From assembly GCA_002269645.1 (NCBI GenBank), contig NIVC01000059.1:1054001-1118000 (forward strand): 64,000 nt of DNA. Direction: 5' to 3'. Made by a program: the position numbers and the translations under genes. Below, piece after piece: positions 1 to 9,685 of this stretch; position 1 is the stretch's first letter, and each line of letters opens with the position of its first letter. The notes under the pieces are model-generated. The model was not told the origin of the DNA. It saw only the letters and a list, made by a program, of their open reading frames with translations, and did not search any database. The stretch is from Macrostomum lignano. Taxonomy: Eukaryota.

Positions 1-2
1 GC

Positions 3-143
3 CCCCCGCCGTGCTGCCCTCCGCCGTGCTGCCCACTAGGACCGCAGTCGTGCTGCCCCCAGCCGTGCTGTCCGGATCCGTGCGGTGCGCCGTGCAGTAT
101 GTGCTGCTACGATTGCTGCGACTGCAACGTGAACTGCTGCTAG
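3..143 (+). CDS. 3' end of a Cys/Pro-rich small protein (partial, runs off the window)
   Basis: Frame +3 reads PPPCCPPPCCPLGPQSCCPQPCCPDPCGAPCSMCCYDCCDCNVNCC* with TAG at 141-143 (17 Cys in 46 aa). AATAAA occurs downstream near 396 and 438. Confidence 0.7.
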   Translation, partial: PPPCCPPPCCPLGPQSCCPQPCCPDPCGAPCSMCCYDCCDCNVNCC

Positions 144-1054
144 CGCCTTGCTGCAGTACGGAGAGTCGTCAACCTGAACCTCCAAACTTGACAATGGGGA
201 TGGCGTTTTTTTAGAACTCTTGGCTGGCTCCGTGTGTACATTAGAATCTTTTTATTGCAGCACGTGTCCCCTCTGCACATCTCGATCGCGATGCGAGGCG
301 GAGCGCTCCGCAATTTTTTGTTCTGTGATCCCAACTCCCCGACTTGAGCTATCAATCAATGCCAAGCTTTGCCTAATAGCGAACGCGCTATGTTATAATA
401 AAGTGGCAGTCTAAAATTGCTTTTTTTATTGTGCGGAAATAAATCTCGCGTCTGTTATTACTAATATCTTAGACTACAACCACTCCCTACTAACGCGAAA
501 TGCCAGTTTTTGCCCAACAAGAGTTTTAGAAAGAAAACTGATTCGAATAATTCCGGAAAAAAAGCATTTTCACAGAGATCAAACAATTGGGTTTTGTGTT
601 GGACTTTTCCAACTTGGAGAATTTCTAATAAACGGGGACTAACATTTAGTTTCGAGTTCGAACATTCAACTTAATCAGCTTTGGCGGCTAGTATTCTTGT
701 TGATTGCTATAGTTGCTCCCACAGATATTCACTAAGCTGAGTGATGCTCACTAAGCTATTGGTAAGCCACCACCAAGCCAGGCATTAAATTCGTGTTTGC
801 GTGATCGCGTATTGGCCAGCGTCCTTTGATGCACGATAAATATCATGATCACAATGCAGCCCCGTAGTATAGCATTTTTTCATTGTATTTAGGAAGTCGA
901 GTATACAGTTTCAGACACGGCCAACCATAGTTCAAGCTTTGACAATTGTTTAGGACCAAAACTGTGTATTGAGGAGAGCATCGAATTCAGACTTTAAACT
1001 CAGAAGAATTACTATATACAAAACAACAACAACAACAACAAATCAAGACCCACC

Positions 1055-1500
1055 TGTAGAGACGCAGCGGCTAGAAGCACGCCAGGTCGGAGGCGACGTA
1101 CGGCGCCGGCGGCCCCAAATAGCGTACCGAGGCCGGCTGGCCGGTGGCGGAGAGGACCGAGTACGAGCTCGTACGTGCACTTCCGCGTCGGCCACAGCAC
1201 CAAGCTGGCGGCGTACGCAAACCGCATCGGCCTAGCTACATCGGCGACCTGCCAGCACTGCGAGCTAGGCGAGCAAACCAACGAGCATGTGACCACAGTA
1301 TGCCCTGCCCTAGACCGATTTCGGCGACAGCTCGGCGTGACCAGCCTGAGCGATCTTTGTCGAGAGCCGGAGGCCGGTCGCCGGTTGTGGAATGCGTTCC
1401 AACAGCTTTAAGTGGGCTGAGTTGCCCGAGTCAGACAGCCCAAACAGCATTGCGAAAAAAAAACGTTGTCGGGCTAGTCAGTCACACAACGTAACACACA
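1055..1500 (+). mobile_element. 5'-truncated non-LTR retrotransposon 3' end (C-terminal CCHC zinc knuckle)
   Basis: Reads AERTEYELV/HFRVGHSTKLAAYANRIG...CQHCELGEQTNEHVTTVCPAL, matching the LRTGH...CxxC...H...CP C-terminus of I/LOA/Jockey/R1-type LINEs. A 4-nt insertion near 1170 shifts the frame. Stop at 1411, followed by an A/C-rich tail. Confidence 0.7.
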
Positions 1501-1509
1501 AAAACGCAC

Positions 1510-1998
1510 AAAAAATTGCTTACTGAGGTAAATAACGAACCGATCAGCATAGTACACATTGTTCTTCTCGTACTCAACGAACGGCCTCTTGGAGTCGCAC
1601 AGCATCGGTGGAGCAACCTTGAGGCCTCGACTCACCTAGCCGAAAGTCTCCTTGAACAAGTCGCCGATTTCCATGAAGCCGATGTCTTTGCTGCAGCCTC
1701 CGTGCACGAAATGGATGCAGAAATTGCGATTGAAGCCATTCCAGGGGTTGCCAGTGATCCAGTAGGGATGTGACCCGATCAGCCGCGCTTTGGTGTGAAC
1801 CAGTTCTCCGAGTCTAGCTCATTGGAATCTTTGCCGACATCAAATGTGACGCTTGCGGACCACCGTGTCGTCTTGGCTCACCAGCCGATCATAGCTCGCG
1901 GCAAGTTGTCCAGCCATTCCATACCGAAAGACGTCTGGTATCCACCGATAGGCCTCTTTCCGCAATGGGCTTTGGTGGTGAAAGGCAAGGTTTTTACC
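1510..1998 (-). pseudogene. Unidentified protein-like reading frame with three in-frame stops
   Basis: One minus frame reads GKNLAFHHQSPLRKEAYRWIPDVFRYG...RHI*CRQRFQ*ARLGELVHTKARLIGSHPYWITGNPWNGFNRNFCIHFVHGGC...ETFG*VSRGLK...YYADRFVIYL. Stops at 1840-1842, 1819-1821 and 1636-1638. Confidence 0.35.
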
Positions 1999-2415
1999 CG
2001 CCTCTGTATTTTTATTATATATAGCGATATAAAAAGTCCGAATTCATACTTTAGCGACTGTATTTACCACTGTAGATGATATACCGCTTGAACTTTATTA
2101 CTTATCCAACAGGATCACCATTACTTTGCTGCTGCCATGGTGAATCGTTGTGAATGCATATGTAGATCTGGAGGTATTGTGACGCATGATTAGCGAATCT
2201 ATTTTAGATAAAATAATGGAAATAGAGAAAATGCACCATTTTTGTTAACTTTATTGTACATAGCGATTTTTCAAAAATGTAACAAGTGAGAAATTCAATA
2301 GTTTAACTTTTTGTCTTGCTATGTGGAACAGCTGGGGACATCCAAAACGGAACGGCCAATAGGGTTTTATGGCCCAGCACTTGAATCAACTCAATATGGA
2401 ATATGCATGCAATAT

Positions 2416-2487
2416 GGAACGGTGAGCCAAAATAGAAGGAACGGTGAGCCAAAATAGAAGGAACGGTGATCCAAAATAGAAGGAACG
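2416..2487. repeat. 3 x 22-bp direct repeat (GGAACGGTGAGCCAAAATAGAA), possibly subterminal to the Tc1 remnant
   Basis: Directly visible tandem copies just upstream of the transposase remnant. Confidence 0.8.
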
Positions 2488-2559
2488 ATTTGAGCTTTTC
2501 ACAAAGACAAGACGCTTTTATTTTCTAACGATTCGTCGAGCTAAGTTACAATCGTATAA

Positions 2560-3262
2560 ATGGCACCGCAAATTTATGTACGCGATCGACATTGTGCATC
2601 ATAGCCGACAGTGCATCATCCGATGACGGATGTTCCAGTTTTGTTAGGACTATCCGAAACTTCTGTTCACCGCATTTGGTCAACATTCGAACAAGCCGGC
2701 ATGCAGATTGAAAGCTTTGCCTCGTGGATGACGCAAGGAAGAAAGCTGCAAAATGGACGCAGAGATGCAATTTTTTGCAACAAGAAGTGCAGCAAAATCC
2801 CATTCTAACGCTAAAGTCAATGGCTGAGAAGCTTGTTGAAAGCTTTCCTGACAAGCCGCATATGAGCCTTAAAACAATTGATCGAGTATGGATGGTTTGC
2901 TCTTTACGATCGAACTTGCTACCAAGGGAACGGATGTGCGCCAAAACACCAACCGAGTCGAAAGCCTCGACGCCAGAAGCGAATACGCTAACGAAGATTT
3001 GACCTTTTTATATTTGATGGTTTCAATTTGTGACTTAAAATGTGCTTCATTAATGCCTGTTTTTATTCTTTCTGTAAAGAAAACTCAGACCGTTCCTTCT
3101 ATTCCGGCTCATCGTTCCATATTGCATGAAAAATCGAGTTGTCTATGGCTTGCTTTACCCGAGTTAATTCAAACGCATGGCTATAGAATTCTATGGGCCG
3201 TTCCGTTTTGCATGCCCGCTGTTACACATAGCACGACAAAAGCAATAGTTGATTGGGACTGA
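2560..3262 (+). mobile_element. Degenerate IS630-Tc1-mariner transposase remnant
   Basis: Frameshifted pieces: HTH LLGLSETSVHRIWSTFEQAG; FLQQEVQQNPILTLKSMAEKLVESFP..MSLKTIDR; then LFTIE; and a broken first catalytic motif (ttt gat ggt ttc aat ttg, similar to DExGFNL) near 3015. Confidence 0.65.
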
Positions 3263-3921
3263 TGTTTTCTTTCAGAAGGACGTGAAAATAGGGTACTCGT
3301 ACTCATCAATCTATGCAAAATTTACCGTAAAATGAATGATTTAAGGCACGTCGTGGCCCGGGGCCCACTTATTTTTCCGCACCCTCTCTTCTTTTCCTGT
3401 GATTCCTGCACCCCCATGATGACTCATTATTTATCACCTGCACCCCCCAGACACCAAACCCCACCGGTACATTTACCTCATTTTTAATTTTGTTCGAAAA
3501 CATGACAGTTAATTATGACCCCCTATCTCCCCGCAAGTTTTTCCCTGCCTGTTACTTAATCCCCCCATCATAAATATTTTTTCTCCGCTGCGCCCCACCC
3601 CAATTTCTCGTCCAATGGCAGCGCGGCTGACGGGTGACGTCATCATCAGGGTTGCTTGATAACGGAAGCCAAGATCAGCAAGTCACGACCTTCAGTGTCA
3701 CGCATCACGCTCACGTTATCACGTGACGCGTGATCTGTCAGGGCTGTAAAATATAAGAGCTCGTTTTGACCCCAGCAGCAACTTTCCAGCGTTCCACGCT
3801 CCGCCTTTCCCCTTCCGCGTTTAATCTTGGACTTGTACGGTTCCGCTCTGCGTCCCCCCCCCCATTCCCCTACTTCTTTTCCCACCCTTCGGAGCTGTAA
3901 CTTTGCTTGGCAAACCTCCAG

Positions 3922-4032
3922 ATGCATCTTGTCTGGATTTCATGGCCGTCCGTGACTGCAGCCGCCGCCGTGACTATCCGACGACTACTGCTACTGCGCC
4001 AAGCAGCCCGGCCATCGGCCGTGTTCTGTAAG
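3922..4032 (+). other. Candidate upstream exon (possibly the first exon of the zinc-finger gene)
   Basis: ATG-open 37 codons ending in AAG|GTATTT (phase 0), preceded by a GC/CpG-rich stretch with TGACGTCA and CACGTG motifs. It would splice in frame to the CAG| acceptor at 11300. Confidence 0.25.
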
Positions 4033-4619
4033 GTATTTCTCTTTCTGTTGCGTTGCACTTGGGTATACATGTAGCTATAGTCAGCCGGTCCCTCCATTGC
4101 TCATCATTTTCTAATCTGTCAACCCTAACTTGTTGATTCCGTTTTAATAATTTACCGAGCGGTTAGGACCAAGTTTTAGGGCCAATAATTCAGGGCGGTA
4201 GCGATTCAACTCGCTTATTGCTTCTGTCGAGCTGTTGATTCATTTACAAAGAGTCGTGGTATGCAACGTGAGTAGCTTGAGTGCGCCTGTCGCAGCTAGG
4301 GCATGATGGAATGGAAACTGGGGATCAGAGAGGAGGATCACCGAGGATGAACCGAATTTAACCAAATAATCCTAGCAGTAACAATTACTCGTACAGTAGA
4401 AGAGTAATTTCTCGTAATTTCTAAATAAGTCATCGTTGGATGCATGTGCACCACGAGAGAGCTCTGGGACCTGCACTTCCACATCCCCTGCTGCTGCATC
4501 GAACCCATGTAGGAGCTAAGGAAAGGCATTGAGATGACGTTACCTATGAGAGCTACTATCCAACCTTGGGATCCTGGGGCTTAGGAGGGAATCCTAGTCT
4601 AAAACCGCTCACCAGCTAA

Positions 4620-5400
4620 AATATCAACCTATGCTAAAGTCCTCGTTTCCAGCACTGATCCTAGGCTGTCCTTGTACGCCTCGCATAGAATCCCTTAATC
4701 GGCCATTTCTAGTACAGTTGGGGTCAAAAGTTTTTACCGGGTTCTCCTGCACAGGTGAAGTGACTGGTGGCGGCGGCGCCTCTGTCGTGTACAGTGTACC
4801 TTCAAACAAACTCGGGCCCGCTGTCTAGACAATGCGATCTTGGTCGCAACGTCTGCAGCTACTGTACCGTCCAGAGGCTGCCACAAAGTCTAGGGCACGA
4901 GGCCTGGAGGCACAGACGTTTTCATGCAGCCCGGGTCACGTCATGAAGATACATGTTACTATCAGATCTTCGAGTAAGAGGGGTATTACGTGTTAGTAGT
5001 ACGCTCGCGTACTTTACTCAAGGACGACTTAAGTAACGTATATCGTATAACGTATAACGTATAACGTATATATAAACTTAAGTAGTCCTTGACTGTACTG
5101 CCAACTCCACGATAACTCGCGGAGAAGAATCCAAACAAGGATCACTAGCAGTTAGCAGTCAAAACTAGTATATTGACTCTGGGGCCATCCTAGCGAGAGT
5201 CGAGACCCTCCGCAGGCGAAGACTTCAACTGGCGGGCCACACTATCTGTGCAACCGGTACAGGACATCCAGCCGCTCTCATGCAGGGCCCCTGGCGCCAG
5301 AGCTACGGCTGGACACGCCACTACGTGGATTGCCTTCTGGATGACGCTGGGGTGATCGGCCAGGCGCATCTGTTGCCGCTGAGGAAACTACTGTAATCCA
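4620..5400 (+). mobile_element. Internally deleted RTE-clade LINE remnant (possible EN N-terminal trace plus C-terminal fragment)
   Basis: 5180-5397 reads LARVETLRRRRLQLAGH...QGPWRQSYGWTRHYVDCLLDDAG, a typical RTE C-terminus. 4700-4860 (FTGFSC..GGGG.SV...KLGPAV*TMRSWSQRL) weakly resembles the APE endonuclease N-terminus. Confidence 0.6.
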
Positions 5401-5586
5401 ACACCGTCCTTCGTGAAATGTACTGTCTTCTCCCGCGGTGTGCCTTGTTGTTGTACTCCCAGTGCTCAATTTTTAAAAAATAAACAATTAATCCAGACTA
5501 ACAAAAACAAATACTACCACAGTTGCCCTCCTCCAAGCTTGAGAAACTCTGCAGCGGGAGCTCTCCTTTGCACCCCAGTTTGTTTT

Positions 5587-6126
5587 GGGTGCAGCCCATT
5601 TCGGCGAAGGAATTTAAATAGGCAATTAAAAGACGCTTCGGCGAAAGTGAATTTTTTATATATTGCAAATATACCACTTTGGTGATTGAAGCTTTTAATA
5701 CATTGTTCATTGCTGAAATTTTTTTGCAGTTAGAAAATTAAAAAACTCATGACTTAGCTCGTAGCTATGTTAAGTACATGCGATCCATCGATATATGCAG
5801 TCGATATATGCGTAGATTAGGGATGACGATGGTGTGGTTTTTCAGATTTCCAGTTCCTAAAATCGTACTCTGAAATCCCGCCGTAATCTAATATAACAAC
5901 TAAATGAAACTGCGACAGAACAAAAACAAGTCACGATAAAATTTGTCTTTATAAAATTCGTCGCTTGTCTTTACTAACTTCATAAAACAACAAAAACTCT
6001 TCAGCGAAACTTATAACAAATCTTTCGCCGAAATGGTCAGCTTTAGACGAAATGGTCATTGCGAAATATATTTTTCACCGTTATTGACTTTCGCCGAAAA
6101 TTATTTCGCCGAAGTGGGTTGAAACC
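5587..6126. mobile_element. 540-bp non-autonomous DNA transposon (MITE), Mutator-like 9-bp TSD
   Basis: 22-bp imperfect TIRs GGGTGCAGCCCATTTCGGCGAA and GGTTTCAACCCACTTCGGCGAA (rc). Identical TSD GTTTGTTTT at 5578-5586 and 6127-6135. Internal TTCG(G/C)CGAA subterminal repeats. Confidence 0.85.
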
Positions 6127-6299
6127 GTTTGTTTTAATCCAGATAGACTTCCCGGAAATTCCGAGACCGATTTAAAATCCCGGGACTTCGTAACAACGCG
6201 GCGCGCGGTCTGACGCATTTGTTTCCCCATTGATATTCGCATTGATATTCGAATTTTAACAAAAGCAAAATACTAAAAGCAACCCGTAGCATGAAAAAT

Positions 6300-7152
6300 T
6301 ACACAGAGTAAACTGCAACCGTGAAACGACTATTGGTCAAGTTTCAGCTCGATATGTAACTTTGGCTCTGAGCAGGAGCGATTTTCGATGTGTTCCATTT
6401 AAAATACATGTGATTCCAAAATTCATATTGATATTCGAGTACAGGTACTTCTGCTTCACTGATCTTGACGAAACTTTACACAGAGTAAACTGCAACCGTG
6501 AAACGACTATTGGTCAAGTTTCAGCTCGATATGTAACTTTGGCTCTGAGCAGGAGCGATTTTCGATGTGTTCCATTTAAAATACATGTGATTCCAAAATT
6601 CATATTGATATTCGAGTACAGGTACTTCTGCTTCACTGATCTTGACGAAACTTTACACAGAGTAAACTGCAACCGTGAAACGACTATTGGTCAAGTTTCA
6701 GCTCGATATGTAACTTTGGCTCTGAGCAGGAGCGATTTTCGATGTGTTCTATTTAAAATACATGTGATTCCAAAATTCATATTGATATTCGAGTACAGGT
6801 ACTTCTGCTTCACTGATCTTGACGAAACTTTACACAGAGTAAACTGCAACCGTGAAACGACTATTGGTCAAGTTTCAGCTCGATATGTAACTTTGGCTCT
6901 GAGCAGGAGCGATTTTCGATGTGTTCTATTTAAAATACATGTGATTCCAAAATTCATATTGATATTCGAGTACAGGTACTTCTGCTTCACTGATCTTGAC
7001 GAAACTTTACACAGAGTAAACTGCAACCGTGAAACGACTATTGGTCAAGTTTCAGCTCGATATGTAACTTTGGCTCTGAGCAGGAGCGATTTTCGATGTG
7101 TTCCATTTAAAATACATGTGATTCCAAAATTCATATTGATATTCGAGTACAG
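6300..7152 (+). repeat. 177-bp tandem repeat, left arm of the foldback element
   Basis: TACACAGAGTAAACTGC recurs at 6300, 6477, 6654, 6831 and 7008. Confidence 0.95.
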
Positions 7153-9317
7153 GTGGAGGAGATGGCGCAACGTGACACAGTGGTCATTCTCGGAGACCTG
7201 AACGCAGTTCTGCGTAGGTCCGAGCGATCGCTGTTTGTGACAGCGCGCGAGAACGGCAACACCGGAGCGCTAGAGGACTTCCTGGAGAGACAGGACATGG
7301 TGTCGGCCAACACCAGATTCCGCAAGTCACCGGGCAGGCTCGCGGCCTTCGTGGGCTGCAAGCGGAGGCGGCGGAACGCGCGCGGCCGGAACGCTACGCG
7401 GAGGCTGGCACAGCTCGACCACGTGCTTGTGCGCTTTCGTGAGCGCCGCCGCGTCACTAACTGCCGCACCATTACGCCGCTGGCTCTGCGGTCCGACCAT
7501 CGGCTGCTCATCTGCGACCTTCGGCTTCGGGACCCGCTCTACCGTCCGCCAAAGCGGCCATCGCGCGGCGCTACTACCGCGCGCTCAGGGACGCCGAGAC
7601 GCGGCGTCGCTTTGCCGGTGCCTTTGTCACTGCGCTGGGCGACAAGCGTGGAGGAGCCGAGTACGCGGAGGTGAGCGCTGCAGTTCGAGCCGCTGCGGAG
7701 CAAGCAGTCCCGCTGATGCGACCGGCCCAGCGCGGGCAGCCGGTCTGGCAGGACGACCCCGCGATCGACGAAGCGAGGGAAGATCTGGAGAGGCTCCGTC
7801 TGAGTGGGCGGCAAACTCGCGAGGCGGAGGAGGCTCTGGCAGCTGTCTATCTGCAGCGGCAGCAGTCCGCTGTCGATGACGCCATCCAAGCCGTCTCTGC
7901 CGCAGGGCCCGATGCCAGAGGGCGCGTGGCCTGGTCCGTCATCAACACTCTGACGGGGCGAAAGCGGCGCATCGCGCTCAACCAGGCAGGCGACATTCCG
8001 GATGAGCGCAGGAACGAGCTGCGCGAGTTCTTCGCCGCCATTGTCAACGCGCCGCCCCCTCCGCTTCCAGAAAATCTGAGGCTGCCGACGGAAACGCCGT
8101 TGCCGGCGGAGGAGAGCTTCAACGTTGCCCCAGTCAGCACAGCCGACGTTGTGAAGTTCGCTCGGCAGTCGCCGGGCGGCAAAGCGCTTGGTCCGGACGA
8201 GGTGCCCACCGAGGCGCTGCGGATCCACTGCGTGGCCACTGAGGTCGCCAGAGTGATGAACCGGTGAGGTGGCGCCAAACGAATGGACCACGGCGCACAT
8301 CGTCGCCATTCCAAAGAAGCCGGGCACCACCAAGCTCGAGGAGCATCGAGGCATCTGCCTACAGTCCTGCGCCGCGAAGCTGTTCAACCGCATGCTGCTA
8401 TCGCGGTTACAGACTGTGCTGGACCCGTACCTGTGGCCTGAGCAGAACGGATTCCGGCCCCATCGCAGCACAGTGACGCAGATCCTGGCTCTTCGGCGAG
8501 TCATCGAGGAGGCGCGCATCCGCCAGTTGACCCTGATCCTGATCTTCGTCGATTTCAGGAAGGCCTTCGACTCGGTCGTGAGGGACGCGCTCCCAGAGGT
8601 GCTCCGTGCGTACAACGTGCCAGACCTGCTGATTTCTGCTGTCATGGCGCTATACCACGGCACGACGGCTGCTGTCTCAGCACCGGACGGCCTATCGGAT
8701 TTCTTCGAGACATCCTCCGGGGTGCTCCAGGGAGATACGCTAGCGCCGTTCCTATTTATTCTGGTGCTTGACTGGGTGCTACGGACTGCTCTGCCTTCCA
8801 ACGACGACGGCTTCCTGCTGCGGCGACGTGTGGGTCGACGCCAACCGGAGAGACGGCTCAGCGTGCTTGGCTACGCCGATGACCTCGCCCTGTTGTCCTC
8901 GACCGTCGAGGGCGCCCAACGACAGCTGGATAGACTGGTTGCCGTTGCGGCGAGCGTCGGCCTGGTGGTCAACACGCAGAAGACCGTCGTGCTATGCGTG
9001 CCGGACGACACCGAGGCTGAAATCTTCTGCCGAGGCGCTGACGGACAGGCGAGTGAGCTTCCAAGATGTCAGCAGTTCGTCTACCTCGGCGGTCTGGTTC
9101 CCGACGTCCGCGAAGATCTGCGGCATCGCCGAGGACTTGCCTGGGCTGCCTTTCGTTCTATAAGGTCAGTCCTGTAGTCCGAGTCCCTACCGCGGACCGC
9201 CAGAGGGCGGCGCTGTTCCAGGCGGTGATCGAGACCGTCCTGTTATACAACGCCGAGACCTGGACGCTGATAAACTCGCTCGAGGCTCATGTCGACGCGG
9301 CGCACGCTGGCCTGCTC
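7153..9317 (+). mobile_element. RTE-clade LINE ORF fragment (APE endonuclease C-half, linker, reverse transcriptase), frameshifted and truncated at both ends
   Basis: Motifs VILGDLNA, QLDHVLV, SDHRLL; KALGPD; RGICL; QNGFR; FVDFRKAFDSV; GVLQGDTLAPFLF; LGYADDLAL; FVYLG; VLLYNAETWTL. Frameshifts near 7570, 8267 and 9195; stop at 9175-9177. Confidence 0.92.
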
Positions 9318-9685
9318 TGTGTAAAGTTTCGTCAAGATCAGTGAAGCAGAAGTACCTGTACTCGAATATCAATATGAATTTTGGAATCACATGTATTTTA
9401 AATAGAACACATCGAAAATCGCTCCTGCTCAGAGCCAAAGTTACATATCGAGCTGAAACTTGACCAATAGTCGTTTCACGGTTGCAGTTTACTCTGTGTA
9501 AAGTTTCGTCAAGATCAGTGAAGCAGAAGTACCTGTACTCGAATATCAATATGAATTTTGGAATCACATGTATTTTAAATGGAACACATCGAAAATCGCT
9601 CCTGCTCAGAGCCAAAGTTACATATCGAGCTGAAACTTGACCAATAGTCGTTTCACGGTTGCAGTTTACTCTGTGTAAAGTTTCA
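9315..9685 (-). repeat. 177-bp tandem repeat, inverted, right arm of the foldback element
   Basis: CTCTGTGTAAAG recurs at 9315, 9492 and 9669; it is the reverse complement of the left-arm unit. Confidence 0.95.

Noticed and set aside
4270-4620. Possible HDV-like ribozyme in a putative RTE 5' UTR
   Set aside because: Could not build P1/P2/P3 pairings by eye; needs an RNArobo or Infernal search.
6362-7201. 279-aa ORF of 59-aa repeats as a real protein
   Set aside because: It is the 177-bp TIR repeat; no ATG start, and it is mirrored on the opposite arm.
7539-8801. 420-aa minus-strand ORF
   Set aside because: Antisense shadow of the RTE ORF.
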